Positions 47,834-58,052 of a stretch of 62,810 nt of DNA are shown here, piece by piece. The first letter of the stretch is position 1. Each line of letters starts with the position of its first letter. The position numbers and the translations under genes are program-made. This stretch comes from Arcobacteraceae bacterium (GTDB lineage Bacteria; Campylobacterota; Campylobacteria; Campylobacterales; Arcobacteraceae), in assembly GCA_048268245.1 (NCBI GenBank), contig JBLWVX010000014.1:1-62810 (forward strand), written 5' to 3'. The notes under the pieces are model-generated. The model saw only the letters and a program-made list of their open reading frames with translations, was not told the DNA's origin and searched no databases.

Positions 47834-48682
47834 ATGGATAAACTTTTAAAAAATGAAGAGTTTAAAGATTATATTCTTATCACCTTTGCCTCTATTATTT
47901 TAGCTTTAGGTGTTGTTGGATTTTTCACTCCAAATATGATTATTACAGGTGGAACAGCAGGTCTTTCACTTCTTTTATATTATATAACAGATTTAAGTAT
48001 TGGTACTTTAATTGTAGCTGTTAATCTTCCCTTACTTATTGTAGGCTGGAAATACTTAGGAAAAATGTTTGCAGTAAAAACTGTATTTACTATTGCTATT
48101 ATCTCTTTATTAATTGATTTTTTTGATAAAGTTTTAAATCTTAAAGCTTTTGTACAAGATCCAATTTTAGGTTCAATCTTTGGTGGTATTTTCATAGGTA
48201 TAGGATTAGCACTAGTTATAAAAGCAAATGCAAGTGCAGGTGGTTCAACTATTGTTGCAAGAATAATAGCATCAAAAAGTGAGATAAAACCCTCAACTGT
48301 GATTATGGTAATAGATTCGCTTATTATTCTTTCATCTTTATTTATCTTTGATGATACAGCAAGAGTTTTATATAGTATTGTAAGTATCTATGTAAGTTCT
48401 AAAATAATTGATACTATTTTAACAGGTAGACTAAATAAAAAAGTTGTATACCTTGTGACAAATGAAACAGAACTTCTAAGAAAACTAATCACAAAACAAC
48501 TTGGACCTGAAGGAACTATCATAAAAGGTGATGGTTTATATCAAGATCAAGAGAAAAAAATGATTTTACTTGTTGTAGAGGTTGGTAAACTTCAAGTCTT
48601 AAGGCAAATTGTAAAACAAAATGACCCTGATGGTTTTCTAATCATCACAGAAGCTACTGAAATGTTAGGAAGAGGTCATTAA
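47834..48682 (+). CDS. YitT family membrane protein
   Basis: TGGTAG, NLPL, ASAGG, DPDGF; ATG 47834 follows AGGA (track start 47798). Confidence 0.88.
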   Translation: MDKLLKNEEFKDYILITFASIILALGVVGFFTPNMIITGGTAGLSLLLYYITDLSIGTLIVAVNLPLLIVGWKYLGKMFAVKTVFTIAIISLLIDFFDKVLNLKAFVQDPILGSIFGGIFIGIGLALVIKANASAGGSTIVARIIASKSEIKPSTVIMVIDSLIILSSLFIFDDTARVLYSIVSIYVSSKIIDTILTGRLNKKVVYLVTNETELLRKLITKQLGPEGTIIKGDGLYQDQEKKMILLVVEVGKLQVLRQIVKQNDPDGFLIITEATEMLGRGH

Positions 48683-48692
48683 GACCTCTTTT

Positions 48693-49154
48693 CTAATTTC
48701 GTAAGTTTGAAACTTCATCTTTAGCATTTGCCATTCTAGCAGCTTGTGCTACTTCTTTATCAACTACTGTTTTTCCAATAGGAGCTAAAGATATCGCTGC
48801 TAGTTTTAAATGTTGTATAGAAAAAGGGATTCCTATGATAGTGATAAAACAAGCAATTGCAGAAATTATATGACCAATTGCTAACCAAATACCTGCAAAA
48901 ATAAACCATAAAATATTTCCAATAAGTCCAAACTCACTAGTTCCAATATCTTCTTTATGTGTTAGCTCATCTCTTGAAATAGCTTCTCTTCCAAAGGGGA
49001 AAAAAGAAAAGCCAGATATCACAAAACAAGCCCTACCCCAAGGTATTCCAATAATACTTACAAAAGCTAAAAGACCAAAAAATGCCCAAGCAATTCCCAT
49101 AAACACTCCACCAAAAATAAACCAGATTATATTTCCTAGTAGACTTAACATCAA
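48693..49154 (-). CDS. YccF domain inner membrane protein
   Basis: Duplicated GNI(I/L)WFIF(G/A)G...IIGIP...P(F/I)G. Confidence 0.92.
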   Translation of the reverse strand: MMLSLLGNIIWFIFGGVFMGIAWAFFGLLAFVSIIGIPWGRACFVISGFSFFPFGREAISRDELTHKEDIGTSEFGLIGNILWFIFAGIWLAIGHIISAIACFITIIGIPFSIQHLKLAAISLAPIGKTVVDKEVAQAARMANAKDEVSNLRN

Positions 49155-49233
49155 TTTCCTTTTATTTTATAATATCATATATTATCTAATTAATATTTAG
49201 ATAAAATACAAAAAATAAAACAGAAAGGTAAAT

Positions 49234-49881
49234 ATGAAAAATTTCTTAATTTTAGCAACAAGTATATTTATAATCTCACTATTTAGTGGATGTGCAAACA
49301 GTATGTATTATGCAGGAATGGAAAAAGCAGGTTTCCATAAAAGAGATATTATGGTAAGTAGAGTACATAAAGTACAAGAATCACAAATTGAGACACAAGA
49401 AGAGTTTAAATCTGCACTTGAGCAATTTGGCTCACTAGTGACTATAAAAGATACTAACTTAAAACAAGCCTATGAGAAATTTAATAATGAATATGAAGAT
49501 GTGAAAGAAGCAGCAGAAGATTTATCTACTAAAATTAATAAGCTTGAAGATGTATCTCTTGCACTATTTGAAGAATGGGAAGAAGAGCTTAATTTATATA
49601 AAAATCAAAAGCTAAAAGCACAAAGCCAAAAGAATCTAAAAGATACAAAATTTAGATATACAAAAATGATGAAGTCAATGAGAACATCAGAAAAAAGTAT
49701 GAAGCCAATACTTGATACACTTCAAGATAATGTACTTGTATTAAAACACTCATTGAATGCTCAAGCTATTGGAGCACTTCAAGGTGAATTTGGAACACTA
49801 AAAAAAGAGATTTCAAATTTACTTGATAAGATGACTATATCTATTAAAGCATCTGATACTTTTATAAAAGAGATGAAATAA
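49234..49881 (+). CDS. DUF2959 family lipoprotein
   Basis: Lipobox FSGC, YY..MEK.G.HKRDI, ALFEEWEEEL, LKHSLNAQAI. Confidence 0.88.
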   Translation: MKNFLILATSIFIISLFSGCANSMYYAGMEKAGFHKRDIMVSRVHKVQESQIETQEEFKSALEQFGSLVTIKDTNLKQAYEKFNNEYEDVKEAAEDLSTKINKLEDVSLALFEEWEEELNLYKNQKLKAQSQKNLKDTKFRYTKMMKSMRTSEKSMKPILDTLQDNVLVLKHSLNAQAIGALQGEFGTLKKEISNLLDKMTISIKASDTFIKEMK

Positions 49882-49884
49882 AAA

Positions 49885-50274
49885 ATGACTCCAAGAAACC
49901 TTTTTATAATTACATTTATTGCAATTATTAGTGTATATTTATATGTCTTTGGAGAAGCAAAAACAATAGAAGTGTTAAAAGAAGAATATCTCTTTCTTTT
50001 AGCATTAGTTCCATTATCACTAGTATTTGTATTTTTTAGAGTTAAGCTGAAAAACTATGAATTAATAGATTTTAATAAAAATAGTAATCTATCCCTAAAA
50101 ACTACTATTATATTTTTCTTAGTATTTCAAGTAATTGACTATATATCTTATGATGGTTTTATAGGAATGATAAGTCAATGGATTTTATACTGGATTATGG
50201 GACTTATTGCCCTATTAGTAATAGAAAATATAAACTTTTATAGAAATTATAAGCTAATCTATAATAAGTCTTAA
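49885..50274 (+). CDS. Hypothetical membrane protein
   Basis: 129 aa, 4 hydrophobic segments, 3 bp after the upstream stop. Confidence 0.7.
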   Translation: MTPRNLFIITFIAIISVYLYVFGEAKTIEVLKEEYLFLLALVPLSLVFVFFRVKLKNYELIDFNKNSNLSLKTTIIFFLVFQVIDYISYDGFIGMISQWILYWIMGLIALLVIENINFYRNYKLIYNKS

Positions 50275-50290
50275 AGACTTGTTATTTTAA

Positions 50291-50857
50291 CTACTTTATT
50301 TTGATAGGTAGTAAACTTAAAAAGCTTAAAGCCTCAGGCAAAGAAAATACTGCATTTTCTATATCATTTTGTTTGGGGTTAATTAAATAGTTTTTTGAAG
50401 TCTCAAAATTTGCATTTTTTAAATCATTGTTATAAAAAGTAGCAAGTTCTAAATCACAGTTTTGAAATACTGCTTTTTGTAAATCACACTCTTCAAAACC
50501 AGTATCTTTAATAAGTGAATCTTTAAACTTCATACTTCTTAAATTCATAAGATGAAAAGAATTTTGAGAGATATTACAATTATTGAAAGTTATATCATAA
50601 GGTTCATCACAAGAACTCCATGAAATGCCAATTAGTTTAGAGTCTTTAAACTCTACATCATTAAAAGTACAGGATTTTAAACTTGTAAGGGATAAATCAC
50701 AATTTATAAAAGTACATTCTGTAAACTTACAGCCTTGCATAATACTCTTTGTGAAATCACACTTTACAAAAGTACATGAGTCAAAATATATTTTATCAAA
50801 CTTTTTTTCTTCAAGTTGAATAAACTCTTCTTCCCAATAATCATTAGTTTTAAACAT
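50291..50857 (-). CDS. Pentapeptide repeat protein
   Basis: Repeating CxF/CDL/AxF pentapeptides; C-terminal FSLPEALSFL. Confidence 0.9.
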   Translation of the reverse strand: MFKTNDYWEEEFIQLEEKKFDKIYFDSCTFVKCDFTKSIMQGCKFTECTFINCDLSLTSLKSCTFNDVEFKDSKLIGISWSSCDEPYDITFNNCNISQNSFHLMNLRSMKFKDSLIKDTGFEECDLQKAVFQNCDLELATFYNNDLKNANFETSKNYLINPKQNDIENAVFSLPEALSFLSLLPIKIK

Positions 50858-50900
50858 GCAAATCTTTTTTATTTGGATTTTAACATATTTTCAAAAAAGT

Positions 50901-51788
50901 CTATTTAAAAAACTTCCTAAACTCTTCTATTACTTGTGTTGCTGATTCTTCTGCTAAAAAGTGACCACAATCTAAACTTTTGCCTTCAACATATGAAGCA
51001 TACTGTTTCCAAATATCTACTACATCATAAGTTTTTTCTATAAAACCTTTTGCTCCCCATAAAACAAGTAAAGGCATTTCGATTTTTTTTGATAAATCTT
51101 TTTCATCATCTTCTAAATCAATAGTAGCTGCAGCTCTATAATCTTCACATGTTGCATGAATATCTTCATAAGTTTTAAAACATCTTATATATTCATCAAC
51201 TGCTTCTTTTTTGAAAGTTGAATTATTTGAGCTCCATCTAAAAAGTTTTTCCATTAGATAATACTTAGGATTACCACCAATCATATTTTCAGGTAAATCA
51301 TTTGGTTGTATTAAAAAATACCAATGATAATAACCTGTTGCAAAATCTTGGTCTGTATTTTTAAACATATGATATGTAGGAACAATATCAAGCATGCAAG
51401 CTTTTTCAATCATTGAAGAATAATCTTTAGTCATTCTATGTAAAACTCTAGCTCCTCTATCGTGTCCTGCTGCAAAAAACTTATCATATCCCAAGTGCTT
51501 CATTAAAGCTATAATATCTTTACTCATATTTTTTTTACTATAAAGTTCATGATTGATATCTTTAGAGTTAGGTTTTGAACTATCTCCATAACCTCTTAAG
51601 TCAGGACAAACAATATGATAATTTAGATTTAATTCATTTGCTATGTGATGCCACATTACATGAGTTTGCGGAAAACCATGTAGTAAAAGTAATGGCTTTT
51701 TTCCGTAATTATCATTGTGTCTAAAGTTTATAATTATATCTTCTTGTACTTCTAATTGTTCAAGCTTAAAATTTTTTTCAAATAACAT
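50901..51788 (-). CDS. Haloacetate (fluoroacetate) dehalogenase-like alpha/beta hydrolase
   Basis: LLHGFPQTHVMWH, DLRGYGDS, GHDRGARV, LDIVPT, YYHWYF, CEDYRA, CGHFLAEE. Confidence 0.85.
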   Translation of the reverse strand: MLFEKNFKLEQLEVQEDIIINFRHNDNYGKKPLLLLHGFPQTHVMWHHIANELNLNYHIVCPDLRGYGDSSKPNSKDINHELYSKKNMSKDIIALMKHLGYDKFFAAGHDRGARVLHRMTKDYSSMIEKACMLDIVPTYHMFKNTDQDFATGYYHWYFLIQPNDLPENMIGGNPKYYLMEKLFRWSSNNSTFKKEAVDEYIRCFKTYEDIHATCEDYRAAATIDLEDDEKDLSKKIEMPLLVLWGAKGFIEKTYDVVDIWKQYASYVEGKSLDCGHFLAEESATQVIEEFRKFFK

Positions 51789-51918
51789 GATGACTTTCTT
51801 TATAGTGTTTGTTTAAATATGATTAGAAGTTTATAAACTTTTATAACTTCACCTTTTATATAACCCAAAAAGATTATATAAAAGGATTGTAGCAATAAAA
51901 TAGTAATTAGTTATATTT

Positions 51919-52389
51919 CTAATTTCTTAAAGTAGCGATTAGTCTATTTTCATCTTTTATGTATGCAAAAACATCAAAAATACTCTTAACTAAAATATCA
52001 GAATTTAGTAGAGTTTCAGTACATAATCCCTCATCTTGTAATATAGCAATTCCCAATACTGAATGCTTTAACATAAACTTATCATTTCGTCCATTTCCAA
52101 CACTTAAAGTATTTTTTGCACCAATACTTTCTATAAACTCTTGCTTACTTTTATCTTGATTGTTTTTATCTATTGTTATAACCTTACAATTTGTATTCTC
52201 AAGCTCTTTTTGTACGCTTCCATATGTATCAGCAGTTATCACATAAAAGTTGAAACTATTTGCAAATTCATTTATAGATTCAGATACACCTTTTATTAAT
52301 TTTCCATCAATAGCAATAGTACCATTGTAATCAAAAACTATATTTTCTATTTCTAAAACTTCTCTTCCTGGAATTTCTATTTTCATCAT
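51919..52389 (-). CDS. HAD family hydrolase (soluble P-type ATPase-like)
   Basis: DYNGT, ITADTYG, VGNGRND. Confidence 0.85.
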   Translation of the reverse strand: MMKIEIPGREVLEIENIVFDYNGTIAIDGKLIKGVSESINEFANSFNFYVITADTYGSVQKELENTNCKVITIDKNNQDKSKQEFIESIGAKNTLSVGNGRNDKFMLKHSVLGIAILQDEGLCTETLLNSDILVKSIFDVFAYIKDENRLIATLRN

Positions 52390-52461
52390 TAACCTTAAAT
52401 AAGATTTTTAATTTATATTTTTCATTTTAAATATATATAAAAAAAGAGTATACTAAATATT

Positions 52462-53286
52462 ATGAAAAAGTTATATTTAATAATTTGCGTTTTACTTTTA
52501 AATTGCAATATTATTTATGCTTTTACTTGGGAGGATTGTGTAGAAAGATATGAGAAAGTAAAACAGTTTAGTGATAATATCCGGTTATCATATCTGTATT
52601 TAAAATCTACAAAAACTTGTTTAGTAAAATTCAAAACTATTTTACTACAAAATCCCAACCCAGATTTTACAGTAGAAGCTATGAATGATAATATCAATAT
52701 GATTGATAAAAATATAAAAAACTTATTACCAAAATATATACACCCTAAAAATAGCTTACTAGATATTCCAAAATATATAAATATAAATACAAAAAAGCCC
52801 TTAATAAATGAGAACTTTGCTTATATAAAAAAGTTTAAAAACTGCAATGGCATACATGCAAATGACAAAATATACACAGCAAAACATTGTAATATCAAAG
52901 ATTCAAAAAATCTTCATTTTGACCTTGATTATATAAAAACAAAAAACAATTCTAAACTAAAAATAGGAAGACTTGACTTAAATAAAACAGGTGTTTTTAA
53001 ATACTACTCCATGTCAAAAGCAGGAAGATTTTATACAACTCCACTAAAAGAAGAAAACTGTAAATTTTATGAAGCTAAAAATAGTATGACAGGACTTAAT
53101 CTTACTCTTGATTTAACTGATCTTAGTAAAAAAGTAGAGATTAGAAGTACTTGTTTGGCAATTCCTTCAAATAGTGGTGGTGGAGTATTTCAAAATGGAA
53201 AACTTGTTGCTATTATTTCAAAAACTGTTTTTAATAAAGATAGGTTTTTATATAGTGTTGTTGAACCTATTATTCCAACAAGTTAA
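52462..53286 (+). CDS. Secreted trypsin-like serine protease-like protein
   Basis: Signal peptide; CNG..IYTAKHC and PSNSGGGVFQNGKLVAI motifs. Confidence 0.68.
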   Translation: MKKLYLIICVLLLNCNIIYAFTWEDCVERYEKVKQFSDNIRLSYLYLKSTKTCLVKFKTILLQNPNPDFTVEAMNDNINMIDKNIKNLLPKYIHPKNSLLDIPKYININTKKPLINENFAYIKKFKNCNGIHANDKIYTAKHCNIKDSKNLHFDLDYIKTKNNSKLKIGRLDLNKTGVFKYYSMSKAGRFYTTPLKEENCKFYEAKNSMTGLNLTLDLTDLSKKVEIRSTCLAIPSNSGGGVFQNGKLVAIISKTVFNKDRFLYSVVEPIIPTS

Positions 53287-53305
53287 ATAATAGCTTCAAA
53301 TTAGA

Positions 53306-54181
53306 CTATTTCTTACTAACTAAAATACCACCTAAAACAATAAGTGAAATTCCTATAAATGTATACATATCAGGTAATGAGTCACCTAAAATAACCCCAA
53401 AACCAATAGCAAATGGTATATTTGAGTAACTTACAACTCCAATAATACTTGCCTTACTTAAACTATATGCACGAGTCAAAAACCATTGTGAAGCAGTTGA
53501 GATTATAGCCATAAAACAAATCAAAGCCCAAATAAAAGGGTCTGTATGTAATTTAAAATCTGCATAAGGAGTAAAAAATAAAGCAACAGGAATAATTATT
53601 CCTATCCCCATAAATGAAAGCATAATCAATCTTGCATCATATATCTCTTTTATTCTTTTGATAGTTGCATAAGCTGCTGCTGCAAAGAAACCACCTAAAA
53701 CACCTAAAATATGTTCAAATGATACCTCAACACCAAAAGGTTTCATAATAAATATAATTCCTAAAAAACCAATAATTAAAGCAAAAAAAGTTCTAAGGTT
53801 TATAGATTCTTTCATCAAATAATATGCAAGAATTGTTACAAAAAATGGCGAAGTTTTATTTAAAACAACAGCCTCACCTAAAGGAATTGTAGCAATTGTA
53901 TAAAAAAACAGTACCATAGCAAGAGCTCCAAATACTCCTCTTAAAATTAGTAAATGAACCTTTGATGTATCAAAAGAAACACTTACTTTTTTTAAGCTAT
54001 AAAGAACTATTAAAACCCCTAAAAAATTCCTATAAAAAACAATTTCCATAGGGTCCATGCTTTGAGATAAAAACTTAGCAACTGCTCCATTTAAAGCACC
54101 AATTAAGGCACTAAGAAGCATAAACAGTACGCCTTTGTCTATAGATTTAAAAAATGATAAATTATTTGTATTTTCTGACAT
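53306..54181 (-). CDS. DMT/EamA family transporter
   Basis: About 10 TM segments, EIVFYR, LRG..G, SPFF, LTRAY. Confidence 0.9.
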   Translation of the reverse strand: MSENTNNLSFFKSIDKGVLFMLLSALIGALNGAVAKFLSQSMDPMEIVFYRNFLGVLIVLYSLKKVSVSFDTSKVHLLILRGVFGALAMVLFFYTIATIPLGEAVVLNKTSPFFVTILAYYLMKESINLRTFFALIIGFLGIIFIMKPFGVEVSFEHILGVLGGFFAAAAYATIKRIKEIYDARLIMLSFMGIGIIIPVALFFTPYADFKLHTDPFIWALICFMAIISTASQWFLTRAYSLSKASIIGVVSYSNIPFAIGFGVILGDSLPDMYTFIGISLIVLGGILVSKK

Positions 54182-54231
54182 TAAATTCCTTTGAAGATGG
54201 AATTGTAGTCAAAATTTATAAAAAAAGAGTT

Positions 54232-55035
54232 TTAACTACAACTCTTTTGATATTGCTCTTGAAAAAATGAAGGCATTACTTCTAGTGTAAAAGGATACTC
54301 TTTTAAAATCTGAATTAATACATCATAAATAACTGTCGTATCTTCAGAGGCATATTTGATTTGACTTATACTTAAATCTTTTGCTTCCCAGTTTGATTTT
54401 GACATTTTTTTAGATTTTTGAAGATTTTTATCTAAAATTATTAAGGCTGCTCTTTTTGCTCCTAGTTGGTTCTTTGAAGATAGACTTTTGAAAATATTTT
54501 CTAAATCAATAGTTGATTTTAACTTTAATCTAAACTGTGTATAAAGTGCCTCTTTATCACCTCTTAAACCACTACCAACTTTTATTATATTTTCATCTTC
54601 TAAGATAGCTATAAGTGGCTTTAAATCTCTTACTTGTTTTGTTTGAATAATATAACATTTTGATTTTGTTGCAAGTTGAATAATAGATATACCATGTGAA
54701 GCTTGTCCTTTTTTAAATGTAGGTTTTTGCTCACTATCAAAAGCTACAAAAGGAGTATGTTCAATAGTTTTCATAGCATTAGCTAATTGTTCTGAGGTGT
54801 TGATTATCTCAATAGTTCTATTTCCTATATTATAAGAAGCTTCGTTTGGATTTATTTGCATATCGTGGGCATTGTCTATTAATGTGAAAAGTTTTATCAT
54901 TGATTTTAAAGACTCTGAACCATTTGCTATAAGTTCTTGTAAGTTTTTTTCTACTTTCTCTTCAAAGTCATCATTTGAAAACTTCTGAATAAGATTTAAT
55001 CTATCTTTATTAAATAAGGTATTTGCTATTTTGAT
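54232..55035 (-). CDS. 3'-5' exonuclease (DEDDy, WRN/RNase D-like); probable ATC start
   Basis: VAFDSE, IIQLA, KVG, SNWE..LS..QIKYASED; frame open 45 codons upstream of track ATG 54900 to AGGAG-N6-ATC at 55035. Confidence 0.82.
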   Translation of the reverse strand: MKIANTLFNKDRLNLIQKFSNDDFEEKVEKNLQELIANGSESLKSMIKLFTLIDNAHDMQINPNEASYNIGNRTIEIINTSEQLANAMKTIEHTPFVAFDSEQKPTFKKGQASHGISIIQLATKSKCYIIQTKQVRDLKPLIAILEDENIIKVGSGLRGDKEALYTQFRLKLKSTIDLENIFKSLSSKNQLGAKRAALIILDKNLQKSKKMSKSNWEAKDLSISQIKYASEDTTVIYDVLIQILKEYPFTLEVMPSFFQEQYQKSCS

Positions 55036-55153
55036 TTGATACTCCTAAATAGTTTGGAAATGTTTAGTGTATTGTAGCATAAATTAGTAGTTTATTTTTT
55101 AAGAAATAAGGAAAAACAAAGAGGAAAAGAGATATTTCTCTTTTTATCTTTGA

Positions 55154-55546
55154 TTATACAAATTTAGATGATAATTCATTTAAAATTTTTGGTGCTTCTA
55201 ACGACTCACCATTGTATTTTACTATTTTTATACCTTCACTTGTAAATGACCTTGCAGTATTTTTACAAGCAGTTTTAACTACTATATAATCACACTCAGT
55301 TAAAACTCTTCCCATTTTATTGTGCTGTTCTATATGTTCAGCGTCATCTGAAGAGTGATCACAAGCATGATCTTCTTCTGGATTATCATGGTCTATATCA
55401 TTTCTTGGGTTTTGTTTTATTTCATTTAGATTAAACGATTTAAACATCCCAGCTCCAGCCATAGTGTATACAGCAAACTTTGGAGTATGCCCTGCATTTG
55501 GGAAAAAGCTTAAATTTTCATCTTTTACTGGAATTGCTATTTTCAT
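55154..55546 (-). CDS. NifB/NifX (FeMo cofactor-binding) family protein
   Basis: MKIAIPV..GH..F, His-rich loop, CDYIV. Confidence 0.72.
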   Translation of the reverse strand: MKIAIPVKDENLSFFPNAGHTPKFAVYTMAGAGMFKSFNLNEIKQNPRNDIDHDNPEEDHACDHSSDDAEHIEQHNKMGRVLTECDYIVVKTACKNTARSFTSEGIKIVKYNGESLEAPKILNELSSKFV

Positions 55547-55600
55547 TTTTTATCCTTTTTTTTAGTATATTAATTTTATCACTTTTATTTTATAAAATTA

Positions 55601-56182
55601 TTAATTTTTTAGATTTTTTAAAAGTAGTTTTTCTTCTTCAAGAGACAAAAACCTATGCTCACCACTTTTAATATCTAACTTTAAAGAACCTATACTTACA
55701 CGAGTTAAAGTTATAACTTTTAAGGGTGTTCCAAACTTATGGTCTTTTAAACTTCCAAAAAGCCTTCTTATATGTCTATTTTTGCCCTCATCTATTTGAA
55801 CTCTTAGTTTTGTTTTTACACCACCCATACCTATTTTTTCAACTTTTAGGGCTTTTAGTAAACCATATTTACTATCAACTCCTTTTAACGCTTGCAAGAT
55901 ATGCTCCTGTGATACATGACCTCTAACCCATATTTCATATATTTTCACACAACTTCTAGGTTTTGTTAAAGCATTGTTTATCTGTCCATCTTGACTAAAC
56001 AACAAAAGCCCTTTTGATTCTAAATCCAAACGCCCTATTGGCATCCATTGATTATCATATACCCAGCTAGGTAAAATATCATAAACCGTTTTTCTTTTTA
56101 AATCATCAGATCGTGTAACTAAATAGCCTTTAGGTTTATTTAACATAAATAGTTTTGTACTTGAATTAGAAGTATTATTCAT
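55601..56182 (-). CDS. Pseudouridine synthase, RsuA/RluB/E/F family
   Basis: NKPKGY, IGRLDLESKGLLL, EGKNRHIRR. Confidence 0.9.
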   Translation of the reverse strand: MNNTSNSSTKLFMLNKPKGYLVTRSDDLKRKTVYDILPSWVYDNQWMPIGRLDLESKGLLLFSQDGQINNALTKPRSCVKIYEIWVRGHVSQEHILQALKGVDSKYGLLKALKVEKIGMGGVKTKLRVQIDEGKNRHIRRLFGSLKDHKFGTPLKVITLTRVSIGSLKLDIKSGEHRFLSLEEEKLLLKNLKN

Positions 56183-56293
56183 ATAAAGTATTCCTTTTAG
56201 TTTTAGGAGTTAAAAACTAGGATTACTTATAAATAATAATAGTGAGATTCTCTGTATTAGATATATTATAGTGTAATTATTCTATTTATACTA

Positions 56294-56641
56294 TTATTCA
56301 CCATTTAAAACAGACATTACTGTAGCTCTACTTGTTTTAAGTTCATTTGTAATCTTTGATATATCTATATCTCCACTTGGGGTGTAGTACTCTTCATCAT
56401 CCAGCATTCGTAAGATTGCATCTTTTTTTTCAATAATTTGTTGTGATGTTGATTTTTTTTGAAAAGTAAAATCCTCTTCACTCATAGTCTGCATAGCTTC
56501 TAAATCTCTTTTGATAGTAGGCACTGTAACTTTTAGCTCTTTAGCTAAATCTTTTGGGTCTTCAACACCTGCGTTTATCAGTTCTCGCAGTGCTATTCTT
56601 CTTGTTTTTATTTTTCTTCTTCTATGATATGAAATCTTCAT
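56294..56641 (-). CDS. Small HTH DNA-binding protein
   Basis: DLAKELKVTVPTIKRDL (DeoR-like HTH) and a second KITNELKTSRATV HTH-like motif. Confidence 0.7.
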   Translation of the reverse strand: MKISYHRRRKIKTRRIALRELINAGVEDPKDLAKELKVTVPTIKRDLEAMQTMSEEDFTFQKKSTSQQIIEKKDAILRMLDDEEYYTPSGDIDISKITNELKTSRATVMSVLNGE

Positions 56642-56752
56642 TTTTCTTTATTCCATAAGTTTTTTTCTATTATATCATCAAAAAGAAACAGCCAAATTAA
56701 AAAAATAAGGTTAAGAAGATATAATTTTATAAACATAACTACGGACGGATAA

Positions 56753-57559
56753 ATGAACTTAAAAAAATGGATATTTATAGCAGTACTTTTAGTAATATTT
56801 TACTATGCATTTATTGTTAATTTTTTTATTACTCTTTCAATTATTGCTTCTTTATATATAGCATTTAGAGTATATAAATTTTATGCAAGAAAGAAGCTAA
56901 ATAAACTATCAGCTTCAAAAGAGGTATTTAGAGCAAGTGAACTTGGACACTTTATAGCACTTGTTGCAAAAGTTGCAAAGGCAGATGGAAGAGTAGATGA
57001 ACTTGAAGCTCAACTAATAAGTATGATGTTTGATGACATTACAAAAGTTTTCGATGAAAAAGATAAAACTAGAGCTATCATGAAAGAAATCTTCAATGAA
57101 GAAAAACAAAAAGAAGATGACACAAAGCAAGTAGCACAATCTTTAAACCAGCTATTAGGCAAAGGTTTACATAAAAGAAAACAATTTGTAGGTTTTTTGA
57201 TTCAACTTGCATTTATAGATAATGGAATAAGTGAAGAGGAAGATAAGGTCCTAAGAGTCATCACAAATGAGCTTGGAATTTCAACAGAAATTTATGAGTC
57301 TATCATAAGAAACTTTGAAAACAAGATGAAAAATAAACAGCAAACTATGAGTGCCCAAGAAGCCTATAAAATTTTAGGTGTAAATGAAAATGATGATATA
57401 AATAAAATCAAAAAAGCATATAGAAAACTAATAAGAGAATACCATCCAGATATTATAAGTTCACAAGATAAAGACGAGGCTTATATAGAAGAAGCTACAG
57501 CAAAAACTCAAGAAATAAACCAAGCGTATCAAGTAATCAAAGACTTAAAAGGGAAATAA
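56753..57559 (+). CDS. djlA: DjlA-like co-chaperone (TM-TerB-J domain)
   Basis: AKVAKADGRV..E, AYKILG, IKKAYRKL..YHPD, INQAY. Confidence 0.85.
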   Translation: MNLKKWIFIAVLLVIFYYAFIVNFFITLSIIASLYIAFRVYKFYARKKLNKLSASKEVFRASELGHFIALVAKVAKADGRVDELEAQLISMMFDDITKVFDEKDKTRAIMKEIFNEEKQKEDDTKQVAQSLNQLLGKGLHKRKQFVGFLIQLAFIDNGISEEEDKVLRVITNELGISTEIYESIIRNFENKMKNKQQTMSAQEAYKILGVNENDDINKIKKAYRKLIREYHPDIISSQDKDEAYIEEATAKTQEINQAYQVIKDLKGK

Positions 57560-57567
57560 ACTCCCTT

Positions 57568-58038
57568 TTAAACAACTATATATTTACAGTTGTAAGTATC
57601 ATCAGATAGTATTTTCATTGCAGACTTATGCAATACAGCAGGATATACTATCGCATATCTAAACTCTACTTCTTTATCTTCTAAATCATTTTTTGGAATA
57701 TAACTCTTTGCATCTTTTATAAAATCTTTTATATCTTCTGCTAAGATTGATTTTGATTTATTTGTATTATTACATTTTATAAGTAGTATTTTATTGGCTT
57801 TTGAACAGTATACATCTATGTCTTGTTGTTTATCATATGAAACTTCATAATCTAAATCTTCGTATTTTTTCCCTACACGAAACTGTAAACTTAAACCTTG
57901 TTTTTCGTGGTCTTCACTAATTTTGATTCTTCTTTTCTTGTCTTTTGAACTTAGAAATTTTCTAAACAATATAATACCTATAATTATTGGTATAATATGC
58001 CAAATTTTTAGGAAGGATGCGATTACCATATCAAGCAT
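57568..58038 (-). CDS. Membrane-anchored Mrr/restriction endonuclease-like protein, degenerate
   Basis: N-terminal TM; VGKKYEDLDYEV..DIDV..LLIKCN resembles the GIDL..LIQCK motif. Confidence 0.55.
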   Translation of the reverse strand: MLDMVIASFLKIWHIIPIIIGIILFRKFLSSKDKKRRIKISEDHEKQGLSLQFRVGKKYEDLDYEVSYDKQQDIDVYCSKANKILLIKCNNTNKSKSILAEDIKDFIKDAKSYIPKNDLEDKEVEFRYAIVYPAVLHKSAMKILSDDTYNCKYIVV

Positions 58039-58052
58039 TGGGACTCTCTTTT

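Noticed and set aside
50291..50857. Qnr-type quinolone resistance gene
   Set aside because: Pentapeptide repeats alone are not diagnostic; it looks like a common chromosomal family and has no mobile context.
55154..55546. Nitrogen fixation locus
   Set aside because: Lone NifX-family domain with no other nif genes in the window.
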